The translations under genes and the position numbers were made by a program. Below the pieces are notes generated by a model, which did no database searches, was not told where the DNA came from, and saw nothing but the letters and a program-made list of their open reading frames with translations. From a virus: a DNA stretch of 46,968 bases. Below, piece by piece: positions 23,649 through 31,521 of the stretch; within the stretch, counting starts at the first letter, position 1; each line of letters begins with the position of its first letter. The stretch covers positions 1-46,968 of the IMG/VR virus record IMGVR_UViG_3300034069_000691; one strand, given 5' to 3'.

Positions 23649-24809
23649 TCAGCTACCGGCGCCGGTGGAGGCGTAGGTCTGCACCGGGTCGAGGGTCGCC
23701 GAACCGACGATGTGACGGACACGGAAGTACACCGTGTCGTCCTCGAACGACCCCTCCGACGGGTCGACCGCGCCACCACCAATGCGGTTGCCGGCCGAGG
23801 ACTTGACCCGGATGTCGGGGGTCTCGTGACCGGTGAGGAACGCCACCGACAAAGCCGGCCGCGGAGAGCTGCCGGGGACCGGAAGCAGGAACCATGCGGT
23901 GCCGGGCAGCCGGTCGATGACCTTGAGGTCGACGACACCGCGCAGCGGGTTGGGCTCGATGGTGGTGCGGGAACCGGACGTGGTCCGGATCTCGGTGGCC
24001 TCCAGGATCCGCTTGGCGTTGATCTCCTGCGCGTAGCCAACGACGAGCTGCAGTCGGCCGCCGGGGATCGGCTGCCCCTCGAAGTCCTTCCGCTGCCGCA
24101 CCGCAGTGATGGCGGCCTGCAGGTTCTCCGACGTCAGCGCCGCGGTGGACGGGGTGGTGTCCGGGCCGGGCAGCGGGTCACCACGGAAGTCGGTGTCGGT
24201 GGTGTGGTTGCGGAAGAACGCCGTGTTGGGTGCGCCGGTGCCCAGGTCGTACAGCTGGCTGAACGCGGCGGCGTCCTCGGTGAGGGCCGAGGCGGTGGCG
24301 AACCGGTCGGGGATCTGGGCGAGCTCGTCGAGGTCGTCGTTGACGGACGCCTCCCACGAGTAGCCGAACCGGCGACCGAACTTCCGGACAGCGATCTTGT
24401 ACTCGGCGGCGGTGGTGCCGGCCGTCGGGTACTCGGTCAGCTCGGGCACCACGTCGAGGGTGGTGCGTCCGCCCATCAGGTCCACGAGGGTCTTGGGCTT
24501 GAAGTTGCGGACGGTGGCGCGGGTGGCGACCTCGGACCACTGGGTGGGGACGTCGCCGTAGCGGGCCAGCAGCTCCCGGTCGAGGACGTCGCCGGTGACC
24601 GACCGGAACAGGTCGGAGGTGGCGAGGGCCTCCTGGACGGCGAGGGCGGCGCGGGGATCGCCGGTGTTCCACACACGGCCCCACAGCTTCGCGGCCTCGG
24701 CGATGTGGGCGCGGCGCTGCGGGCTGTACTGCCGGCGCGCGAGGGGGGACGGGCCGGCGAGGGTGCCGGCCTCGGTGAGACCGAACGTCTCGTTGACGAT
24801 GGTGGTCAT
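23649..24809 (-). CDS. Major capsid protein, 386 aa
   Basis: Supported by its size and its position after the protease/scaffold and DUF2190-like genes, with a hairpin downstream. Confidence 0.85.
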   Translation of the reverse strand: MTTIVNETFGLTEAGTLAGPSPLARRQYSPQRRAHIAEAAKLWGRVWNTGDPRAALAVQEALATSDLFRSVTGDVLDRELLARYGDVPTQWSEVATRATVRNFKPKTLVDLMGGRTTLDVVPELTEYPTAGTTAAEYKIAVRKFGRRFGYSWEASVNDDLDELAQIPDRFATASALTEDAAAFSQLYDLGTGAPNTAFFRNHTTDTDFRGDPLPGPDTTPSTAALTSENLQAAITAVRQRKDFEGQPIPGGRLQLVVGYAQEINAKRILEATEIRTTSGSRTTIEPNPLRGVVDLKVIDRLPGTAWFLLPVPGSSPRPALSVAFLTGHETPDIRVKSSAGNRIGGGAVDPSEGSFEDDTVYFRVRHIVGSATLDPVQTYASTGAGS

Positions 24810-24813
24810 GGCC

Positions 24814-25155
24814 TCAGACCTTCGCGATCTTGACGGGGATGACGCCGGTGCCGGCGCCCTTGGTGGCGAGGGCGTAGCCCCACACGACGTTGCTGCCGAC
24901 GGTGGCGGTCAGTGCGCCGCCGCCGGTGGGGATGTAGACGGGCTGCCCGACGGCGGTGATCGCACCGGTCACGGGGACCTTCGCGGAGCCGTCGAACCAG
25001 ACGGAGGCATTGCCGGTGTCGTTGCCGCCCTCACCGCGGCCGGTGACCGCGTAGCCGGGGAGGGAGCCGACGAGGACGGGGTCACCGGACTTGGTGCCGG
25101 CAGGGACGGGGACCGAGATGTGGTCGGCCTTGGCCATGTGCTCGTTGCGGGCCAT
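24814..25155 (-). CDS. DUF2190-like small head protein, 113 aa
   Basis: A Gly-rich beta protein located between the protease/scaffold and capsid genes. Confidence 0.6.
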   Translation of the reverse strand: MARNEHMAKADHISVPVPAGTKSGDPVLVGSLPGYAVTGRGEGGNDTGNASVWFDGSAKVPVTGAITAVGQPVYIPTGGGALTATVGSNVVWGYALATKGAGTGVIPVKIAKV

Positions 25156-26405
25156 CAGTTGCTCACCTTCCGGCCGAACGCGGCGGCCACGTCAGCGTCG
25201 ATGTCGGACTCGGACAGCTCGGCGGTCTGCCCCTCAGACTCGGCGACGGACCCGAATGTCCCGAACAGGGACGTGGGCGCGGCCGGCTTGCTGTAGTCGG
25301 CGATCTCCGCCTCGGCGCTCTTGACGGCGGCCTCGACGACCTTGCCGAGAGCGTCGGCGTCGACGGCGCCATCCTTGATGGGCAGCGCGGTCAGGACCGA
25401 CTCGACGACGCGGGCCTGGGTGCGGGCGCCGAGGGTCTTGGACTCGGCGACCTTCGCGGCGACACCCGGGCGGGCCTCGTCGCGGGCGAGGTAGGCGGCG
25501 AGCTTGACGCCCGCGGCCTGCGCCTCGGCGAGCGCGGTGTCGCGCTGCGCCTCAGCTTCGGTGGCCTTGTCCCGCAGCGCGGTGACCTCAGCCTCGGAGA
25601 GTTCGGGCACGAGGCCCTCCTTGGTGGTGTTGGTGGTGTGCTGCGGGGCCGAAGCCCCTTCGCTGACCGCGGGTGCGGCCGGCTCGTCCCAGAGGTCGCG
25701 CTGGTACAGCTGTGGGGCCGACGCCTCAACGGAGGCGACGAACGAGGCGAGGGCATCGCCGATCGCAGAGGACAGCGCGATGCGCTCCTCGCGGCTCAGG
25801 CGGCCCTCGGCGGCCATGTTGTCGGCCATGACGGTGAAGTCGCGGTGGATGGCGGACTCGACCCACTGGCCGACGTTGCGGGCTTCGGCCATGTGCTCGG
25901 CGGTCGGCCGGGCGGATTCGAGCAGGGATGCGACCTTGCCGCCGCGGCCGGCGTGGGTGACGAAGTCAGCGGAGGTGCCGTGCACCAGGTTGGTGACGAT
26001 GCGGCCCCGCCGGCCCTCGGCCTCGCCGACCTCGACGTCGCCGGAGGCGCGGATGCTGACGCCGATGACGTCCTTCATCTCGGCGACCAGCTGCTGGTAA
26101 GGGGCGAACACCCGGGCTTCGGCGACGAGCGCGGTGCCGTCCCAGGTGGCGTCGGTGGTGAGCACTCCAGCCAGGTCTCGCAGGGATCGCTCGGGGCGGT
26201 CCCGGTCTTCGCTGGCGGAGGGGTGGTCGAAGTACATGTGGGTGCCGGCGGGGAACACGACGTTGGTGCCGGCGGACTCAAGCACCTTGGCGCTGTAGTA
26301 GCCGGACGATCCCCAGCCGGGGGTGATGAGCTGGACGCCGATGCTGCTGCCGGTCGCTTCGCGGAGCTGCCCCGTTGGGGCGGTCTCGATGAGGGTTTCT
26401 GCCAC
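25155..26405 (-). CDS. Capsid maturation protease / scaffolding fusion-like protein, 416 aa
   Basis: The GTG at 26403-26405 lies 4 nt after AGGAGG. A globular N-terminal half is followed by an Ala/Glu-rich coiled-coil C-terminal half. The function is inferred from position. Confidence 0.6.
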   Translation of the reverse strand: MAETLIETAPTGQLREATGSSIGVQLITPGWGSSGYYSAKVLESAGTNVVFPAGTHMYFDHPSASEDRDRPERSLRDLAGVLTTDATWDGTALVAEARVFAPYQQLVAEMKDVIGVSIRASGDVEVGEAEGRRGRIVTNLVHGTSADFVTHAGRGGKVASLLESARPTAEHMAEARNVGQWVESAIHRDFTVMADNMAAEGRLSREERIALSSAIGDALASFVASVEASAPQLYQRDLWDEPAAPAVSEGASAPQHTTNTTKEGLVPELSEAEVTALRDKATEAEAQRDTALAEAQAAGVKLAAYLARDEARPGVAAKVAESKTLGARTQARVVESVLTALPIKDGAVDADALGKVVEAAVKSAEAEIADYSKPAAPTSLFGTFGSVAESEGQTAELSESDIDADVAAAFGRKVSN

Positions 26406-26413
26406 GTCGCCTC

Positions 26414-26596
26414 CTACGGTGTGTGGGTGGACGAGGACCGGGCGCCGGACTGCGTGCACGTGTGGTTGCTGGTGCGCGCCGTGTTGGGGCCCGAGGGGGC
26501 AACGCGGGTGCACCGCTGCCTGATGTGTCCTGCAGAGTCGGTTGACCCGGCGTCCGGAGATGTCGCGCGTGCGGCTCGGGAAATGAACCGCGACAA
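26414..26596 (-). CDS. Possible 60-aa low-complexity ORF bridging the MuF-like and protease genes
   Basis: The TTG start abuts the upstream stop, and the ORF's own stop lies inside the protease RBS. GC3 is high, but the composition is Ser/Thr/Arg-rich. Confidence 0.3.
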   Translation of the reverse strand: MSRFISRAARATSPDAGSTDSAGHIRQRCTRVAPSGPNTARTSNHTCTQSGARSSSTHTP

Positions 26597-27625
26597 CTAG
26601 GCGGCTAGGAGGTCCCGTACGGGGGTCACCTGGAAGGAGCGGCGCCAGTCGGCGTTGGGCTTCTCTACTGCGAGCGCGGACCAGGGGGTGCCGTCGTTCA
26701 AGGCGGCGAGTCGGGCGGGTCCCATGACGGCGAGCTGGTCGGCTGGCGACAGGGTCCGGAACTGGTCCTCCGCGGACAGCCGCGCTAGGCCGGCTGGCTC
26801 GTCGAGGTCCAGGCCGAGCTCGCGCCACGTCTTGGTGCGGACCATGCGGGTGCACGTGCAGTTCGGGTGACCGTCAGGGCCGGGCTCGTCGAGCTCGTGC
26901 AGCGACCCGTCTTTGGACCAGCACGCGGGGCACGTCGTCTTCGACCTGGATGACAGCCACTCCCAGCCCTGCAGGCTGTCGGCGTTCGCCTTGCCCCACG
27001 CCTGGCTGGCTGAGCGGGCGGCGTCGTTGAGCTCGGTGCGGGCGATTGCGGTGGCCCGGGTGAGGGGCAGATTCACGCCGCCGCGGCGGGCTAGGGCGAC
27101 CATGTCGCGGGCGACCTTAGTCGGGTTGTCAGCTTGAGCGGCACCGAGGACCAGCGATCGGCGCACGGCCTGTTGCCCAGCCTGGGCGAGAGGCCGGGTG
27201 CGGGAGGTGATCTGCTGCGCGGTGCGATCGACGATGGCGCGGACGACCTTGTCGTTGACGTCCACCATGCTGTACCCGGTCGACGGCAGCTGCGAGCCGG
27301 CGATCGCTGCCTGCGCCGTCACGGATGCGCTGGTGACCTGCCCTACCCCGTCGGTGATGACCACCGCTGACTGGGCGGCCAGGTCGTCAAGGGAGTCAGC
27401 GATCGCCCGCACAGCTGATGCGATGCGGGACGAGCGCTGCACGTTGGTGCGGGTCACGCCCTTGCCGTCAGCGAGCTGCTGGATCGCCGCCTGCAGCTCG
27501 GGGGCGAGCGCGTCCCAGGCGTTGACGTAGGCCAACGTGAGGGCCCGTACTTGGCCGTCAACCACACCCTCAAGGTCGACGACCAGGCGCCGCATGAGTC
27601 GGATCGTGGCGGCGGTGACTGGCAT
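26597..27625 (-). CDS. Head morphogenesis protein (SPP1 gp7 / Mu F-like), 342 aa
   Basis: It carries the HPNCTCT motif and lies directly after the portal gene. Confidence 0.85.
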   Translation of the reverse strand: MPVTAATIRLMRRLVVDLEGVVDGQVRALTLAYVNAWDALAPELQAAIQQLADGKGVTRTNVQRSSRIASAVRAIADSLDDLAAQSAVVITDGVGQVTSASVTAQAAIAGSQLPSTGYSMVDVNDKVVRAIVDRTAQQITSRTRPLAQAGQQAVRRSLVLGAAQADNPTKVARDMVALARRGGVNLPLTRATAIARTELNDAARSASQAWGKANADSLQGWEWLSSRSKTTCPACWSKDGSLHELDEPGPDGHPNCTCTRMVRTKTWRELGLDLDEPAGLARLSAEDQFRTLSPADQLAVMGPARLAALNDGTPWSALAVEKPNADWRRSFQVTPVRDLLAA

Positions 27626-27744
27626 CAGGCCACCGCCTCTGACCGCCACTCGCGGTCTTCGCGGCGCTTCTCCTGCCGCTTTGACCGTGGCCCATTGCAG
27701 CAGGAACACTGACCGTGCCATCCGAGGCGGCCCAGCAGCTTCAC
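27625..27744 (-). CDS. Possible 39-aa Cys-rich mini-ORF bridging the portal and MuF-like genes
   Basis: GTGA overlap with the portal stop and TGATG overlap with the MuF-like ATG. Translates as VKLLGRLGWHGQCSCCNGPRSKRQEKRREDREWRSEAVA. Confidence 0.4.
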   Translation of the reverse strand: MKLLGRLGWHGQCSCCNGPRSKRQEKRREDREWRSEAVA

Positions 27745-29324
27745 CGGTACGCCTCCTGCGCCTGTGAGCCCGCTCCGCCATCCTGCTCGCGCTGCGCTGC
27801 GTTGGCTGCAGCGACGATGCGGGGGTCGATGAAGTTGCCGCGCTCGTCGGTCATGTCATCGATGAGCTCGTCGATGTCCTCGACCCCGAGCGCTTCCAGC
27901 GCCAGCCGGATGATCAGGTGCAGCGGCACCCCAAGTCCGTCGGCCGCGACCAGCGCCTCGAGCACCTTCTGCGGGTCGGTGTCCTCGATCGGCGGGAAGT
28001 TGATGTCGATGGTGCCGTCGGAGTCCCCGGCGAGGTCGGCGCGCTGACGGTTGCCGTCCTGCACGATCGCGCCCTGCAGTACGCCGGCGTCGACGGCGAC
28101 GAGGATGACGTGCCGTAGCAGGTCGCGCAGCCAGTCGCCCCACACGGACTGCCGGGCCTTGGTGGTCAGCTCGAGCGGCTTGTCCAGCGTCTCGGCGACG
28201 GCGCGGGCGCCGGAGCTGCCGGGGTCGGCGAGCAGCATCGTCAGCGGCACGTCGAGGGCGGCGGCGACCATGCCCGCCAGGGGCTTGCCCGACCCGGAGT
28301 CGATCGTCGCGCCGGACGAGTGCATCGGCGCCATGCTGCCCTCAGACGACATGACGACGGTGCCGCCCACGTCACGGCGCTCCCCGGACACCGGGTCCAG
28401 TCCGGCCTGCCCACGGTTCAGGGCGTCCCGCACCTTGGGTGCGTGCTTGGCGGGGGCGGTGGCCTTGAACGCGTACCGGGCCAGGGCCTGCATCAGCCCG
28501 GCCCAGCCGTTCAGGTAGTCGGCGTACCCGCGGGCCCAGTCGATCGCCGCATAGGAGTCCGACAGACCCCACGGGGCTTCGGTCCAGGAGTTGACGGCGC
28601 AGTGCTGGATCGGCTGGTCCCAGCGGATCGGCTTCATGCCGATCAGGTCCAGCCGCTCACCGGCGGGTGGCCGGTAGTCCAGGGTGGGGTGCCATTCGGT
28701 TCGGGTCTGGGTGACCTTCTGGCCGTTGGCGAGGTTGATGCCGGTGACGGTCCAGTCGCGGCGGTAGAACCAGATCTCGGTTGGGTCGTCGGGGTTGGCG
28801 ATGTAGTCGGTGACCTGGGCGCCCGGCACGAGACGGGGGGTGACCCGCCCGGCACCGTCGTTGATGGCGAGCAGGAAGAACTCACCGGCGGTGCCGAGGT
28901 TCAGTTCCCGCTCTTCGCGTGCCTGCGCCGAGCCGAGGATCCGCTGGAAGTCGGCGGAGTCGAGGAACGCCTGCACGTGGTCGTTGACCTTGGTGTCGCC
29001 GTCGGGGTCGACGCGGGCCGCGATCTCGACGCCCTCGCCCCACACGTAGTTCCGGCGGATCCGCAGGCCCCGACCGATGAGGGGGGACTTGATCGCGGCG
29101 GCGAGGCAGTTGGTCTGGATCTGCAGCAGCCCAGCGCGGGTGAACGTGCGCTCCTGCTCCATGCCCAGCTTTCGCCACCCGATGTCCTCGCGGGCCAGCG
29201 ACTCGAGCCCGGCGAGGGACTCCTGCAGGATCTCGACCTCGTTGCTGACCGCGGCCAGCTCGGAGCGGGGCACCATCGGCTCGGCCTCAGTGAGGTTGCC
29301 GCGCAAGCGGTCGAGGAGTCCCAC
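27741..29324 (-). CDS. Portal protein, 527 aa
   Basis: Supported by its size, its position upstream of the MuF-like gene, and a GTG 6 nt after GGAGG. Confidence 0.9.
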   Translation of the reverse strand: MGLLDRLRGNLTEAEPMVPRSELAAVSNEVEILQESLAGLESLAREDIGWRKLGMEQERTFTRAGLLQIQTNCLAAAIKSPLIGRGLRIRRNYVWGEGVEIAARVDPDGDTKVNDHVQAFLDSADFQRILGSAQAREERELNLGTAGEFFLLAINDGAGRVTPRLVPGAQVTDYIANPDDPTEIWFYRRDWTVTGINLANGQKVTQTRTEWHPTLDYRPPAGERLDLIGMKPIRWDQPIQHCAVNSWTEAPWGLSDSYAAIDWARGYADYLNGWAGLMQALARYAFKATAPAKHAPKVRDALNRGQAGLDPVSGERRDVGGTVVMSSEGSMAPMHSSGATIDSGSGKPLAGMVAAALDVPLTMLLADPGSSGARAVAETLDKPLELTTKARQSVWGDWLRDLLRHVILVAVDAGVLQGAIVQDGNRQRADLAGDSDGTIDINFPPIEDTDPQKVLEALVAADGLGVPLHLIIRLALEALGVEDIDELIDDMTDERGNFIDPRIVAAANAAQREQDGGAGSQAQEAYR

Positions 29325-29335
29325 ACGGCACCTCC

Positions 29336-29368
29336 AAATTAAAGGTTAAGGGGGTGACCCTTTAAATT
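29336..29368. promoter_or_regulatory. AT-rich inverted repeat upstream of the portal gene
   Basis: AAATTAAAGG-13 nt-CCTTTAAATT has a 7-bp perfect core. It lies within a 60-nt stretch that is strikingly AT-rich for this genome and also contains TATAAA. Confidence 0.4.
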
Positions 29369-29387
29369 GGGGGTCTGAATTTATAGC

Positions 29388-29978
29388 TCAGGCAATGTGC
29401 GGCCAGGTCTTGCGCCGCACGATGCCGCTGATGGTTGTCTGATCGACGCCGTAGTCGTCGGCGAGGTCGACCTGCCGGGCCCCGAGCGCGTAGGTGTCGC
29501 GGATGGCGCGCACCTGGTTGTCGGTGAGCTTGGCCTTGACGTTGTTCACGCCCGGTTGTGCGGGCGGAACGAGCGTTAGCGGCCGGCGTCCGCGGTCGAG
29601 CATGTCCCGCGTGTTATCGCGCGGAGTGCCGGCGACCAGGTGGCTGGGGTTGACGCAGGGCGGGTTGTCGCAGCGGTGTCGCACTACCTGGCCGGGCTGC
29701 AGAGGAGCGATCCAGTGGTTGTACAGCCAGCGGGTAGCGCGCCAGCTCTTCCGGTCGGCCCAGAAGATGCCGTAGCCGTCGGAGTCCCGCCCGCCGCGCC
29801 ACTCCCAGCACTCCTCAGCGCCGCGCTGGTCAGTGTGAGAGATGAATCGCTGCATCCGCGGGTCGCCGAACCTGACCACGTAAGGGGCTAGCACCTTGAG
29901 CCCGGCAAGCAGTTCGGGCTGGTCGGGCATCGCGTCGGTGAGCGCGGTGATGACCTCGTCCACTTCGCTGGCGTTCAT
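29388..29978 (-). CDS. HNH endonuclease with a C-terminal HTH-like domain, 196 aa
   Basis: Motifs are CWEWRGGRDSDGYG... and HRCDNPPCVNPSHLVAGTPRDNTRD. The tail reads KLTDNQVRAIR...DQTTISGIVRRKTW. The start was trimmed to the ATG at 29976-29978. Confidence 0.9.
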   Translation of the reverse strand: MNASEVDEVITALTDAMPDQPELLAGLKVLAPYVVRFGDPRMQRFISHTDQRGAEECWEWRGGRDSDGYGIFWADRKSWRATRWLYNHWIAPLQPGQVVRHRCDNPPCVNPSHLVAGTPRDNTRDMLDRGRRPLTLVPPAQPGVNNVKAKLTDNQVRAIRDTYALGARQVDLADDYGVDQTTISGIVRRKTWPHIA

Positions 29979-30016
29979 CGAGGCAGGGGCAAGACCGTGG
30001 CTGTCATGTGTGCATC

Positions 30017-30045
30017 TTGACATAGGACAGCTTGCTAGGCAAGAT
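30017..30045 (+). promoter_or_regulatory. Candidate sigma-70-type promoter of the plus-strand cassette (TTGACA-17 nt-CAAGAT)
   Basis: Read directly from the sequence. It is followed by AGGAGG (30078-30083) and the GTG at 30089. Confidence 0.45.
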
Positions 30046-30088
30046 AGGAGAGCAGCAACCGGCCGCCAGTGATGCACAGGAGGTTCCC

Positions 30089-30292
30089 GTGAACGCCAAG
30101 ACACTTCAGCTTCGCAGCAAGCTCGCCACCCATGTCCGGTATCACCCAAACGACACCCAGACGCATGATGAAATCCGCCGCGATCTTCGAGCGGCACGCT
30201 GCGAGGAGTACATCGAGCAGGTGCTGGCAGAAGACCCACCGCTTACTGACGACCAGCGTCAGCGGCTAGTGGTCATGTTGGCCGACTCGTGA
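30089..30292 (+). CDS. Hypothetical protein, 67 aa (cassette gene 1)
   Basis: The GTG lies 5 nt after AGGAGG. The track ORF start at 30032 was trimmed. Confidence 0.65.
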   Translation: MNAKTLQLRSKLATHVRYHPNDTQTHDEIRRDLRAARCEEYIEQVLAEDPPLTDDQRQRLVVMLADS

Positions 30293-30483
30293 GTGCCGAA
30301 CCCACCGCAGAGCAGATCGCCGCGATCGCTGCTGCTGTCGCAGCTGAACGGGAGAAGTACCTGGCGGTGGCCGACGAGCTCATTCATAGGGCACGCGTGT
30401 TCAGCGAACTAATGCCAACCGATGACTACATCGGTTCCGAGTACGTTGAAGCAGCCATACGCATTCGTGAGGTGGCGGGGTGA
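30289..30483 (+). CDS. Hypothetical protein, 64 aa (cassette gene 2; paralogue of 35840..36145)
   Basis: GTGA overlap. It shares AAAV(A/T)AER(E/D)KYL.VADEL and (I/R)RIREVA(G/K) with the 101-aa early protein. Confidence 0.7.
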   Translation: MSAEPTAEQIAAIAAAVAAEREKYLAVADELIHRARVFSELMPTDDYIGSEYVEAAIRIREVAG

Positions 30484-30494
30484 CGGATCGGTCA

Positions 30495-30653
30495 ATGCAT
30501 CCACCGGTAGCCAATAGGCACCTCCTGCGCCGAGCAATACCCGTAGATCATCCCGTATGGCGCCGCCTCATGCGGGACGCCGTAGCAAATGACAGCACCC
30601 GCGCCGAGGCAGTACGGGATGCAAATGACGACCAGTTCGGGACTTTGCCATGA
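30495..30653 (+). CDS. Hypothetical protein, 52 aa (cassette gene 3; below the track cutoff)
   Basis: The ATG lies 11 nt after the previous stop. The ORF's stop overlaps the next ATG (ATGA). Confidence 0.45.
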   Translation: MHPPVANRHLLRRAIPVDHPVWRRLMRDAVANDSTRAEAVRDANDDQFGTLP

Positions 30654-30859
30654 GTGGCCGGCGGTGGTCGCAGATTATCTGCGACGCGAGTGATTGTCAG
30701 GAGGGAACCAAGGTGGTTCTGGGCGTAGAGAAAGACGCGCGTAACAGCGTTGCCGGTTGGCATATATGGAACGGTTTCGATCTCTGCCCATCTTGCTGGA
30801 AACGACGCAACACCGAACCGGTCACCTTCGTGACGTTGATGAGGCAGCTCAGAGCATGA
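30650..30859 (+). CDS. Hypothetical Cys4 (zinc-ribbon-like) protein, 69 aa (cassette gene 4)
   Basis: It contains CDASDC ... CPSC. An alternative GTG at 30713 follows AGGAGGG. Confidence 0.55.
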   Translation: MSGRRWSQIICDASDCQEGTKVVLGVEKDARNSVAGWHIWNGFDLCPSCWKRRNTEPVTFVTLMRQLRA

Positions 30860-31080
30860 CCTCGGACGACGTGGAACGCCGCCTGCGCGGAGCGGCCAAA
30901 CGGCGAGGTCTGCGCCTGTCCCGGAACGCTAGGCAGAGGCCGGTGCGGGGCGTTTTCTATTACGTGTACGACCGCGATGGCTTACGAGTCAGCCCAGCCG
31001 ACGGGATGACGATGGCCGCCACCCTGGACTGGTTCAGGAACACCGAGTATCGCGTGTTAGACAAGGAGGAGTGGTTGTGA
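30856..31080 (+). CDS. Hypothetical basic protein, 74 aa (cassette gene 5)
   Basis: The ATG at 30856 overlaps the previous stop (ATGA). The N-terminus is Arg-rich. Confidence 0.6.
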   Translation: MTSDDVERRLRGAAKRRGLRLSRNARQRPVRGVFYYVYDRDGLRVSPADGMTMAATLDWFRNTEYRVLDKEEWL

Positions 31081-31247
31081 TTGAGCCGACTGGCGACCAA
31101 TTGGCCTCGGACTTCGGTGACATCGAGCACCTATCGAAGGCGGATGCTCAGGCTATGCGAGAGATCGCCGAGACCATGATCCAGGCCTACTGCGGGGATG
31201 ACGACGACCTGTACATCGGCCTTCTGGATGAGGACGAACAGCTGTGA
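31077..31247 (+). CDS. Hypothetical strongly acidic protein, 56 aa (cassette gene 6; below the track cutoff)
   Basis: GTGA overlap. By my count, 16 of 56 residues are Asp/Glu and 2 are Lys/Arg. Confidence 0.55.
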   Translation: MIEPTGDQLASDFGDIEHLSKADAQAMREIAETMIQAYCGDDDDLYIGLLDEDEQL

Positions 31248-31303
31248 CTGGCCGCTGGTGCACGTTGTGCAGTCGCTTCGCTCTGACGGGCTGTTGTCGT
31301 ACA

Positions 31304-31368
31304 GCCGAAGCCGACCGGCCCCGTAGCCCTAGGGCTACCAGTGTGGGCCGGCCGGTCGGGGCCTCGGC
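31304..31368. terminator. Long imperfect hairpin between the convergent cassette and terL
   Basis: GCCGAAGCCGACCGGCC pairs with GGCCGGTCGGGGCCTCGGC, with an inner TAGCCC-TA-GGGCTA palindrome. Confidence 0.4.
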
Positions 31369-31521
31369 TACAGACCCGAAGTCCACGCCGAGGTTCTGAA
31401 ACCCCGAACCCTAGGCGCGGGGTGGGTAGGCCCCCGAGTGGCTAAGAGCCAGAGGCTCACACCACCCGGGGGCGGGGAGCGTCTACCCCAGACTTAGGTC
31501 CGATCAGCGCCCGTCTGGATA

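Noticed and set aside
29979-30239. The longer HNH form (283 aa, or a start at MSRC about 30023).
   Set aside because: The extension would run through the divergent TTGACA promoter and is compositionally poor. The conserved-looking protein begins at MNASEVDEV (ATG 29976-29978).
30492-30672. A minus-strand hydrophobic, Cys/Tyr-rich frame (...ELVVICIPYCLGAGAVICYGVPHEAAPYGMIYGYCSAQEVPIGYRWMH), considered as a type I toxin-like or RiPP-like peptide.
   Set aside because: It has no ATG/GTG/TTG start before the hydrophobic part and no RBS. The same bases carry a plus-strand 52-aa ORF with an ATG start and an ATGA overlap onto the next cassette gene.
31304-31368. A tRNA-like look (GGCCCCG ... CGGGGCC arms), together with T-loop-like strings at 31392-31403 and 33725-33735.
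   Set aside because: The lengths and arm geometry do not fit a cloverleaf, and there is no GTTCRANYC T-loop. They were treated as hairpins or a terminator.
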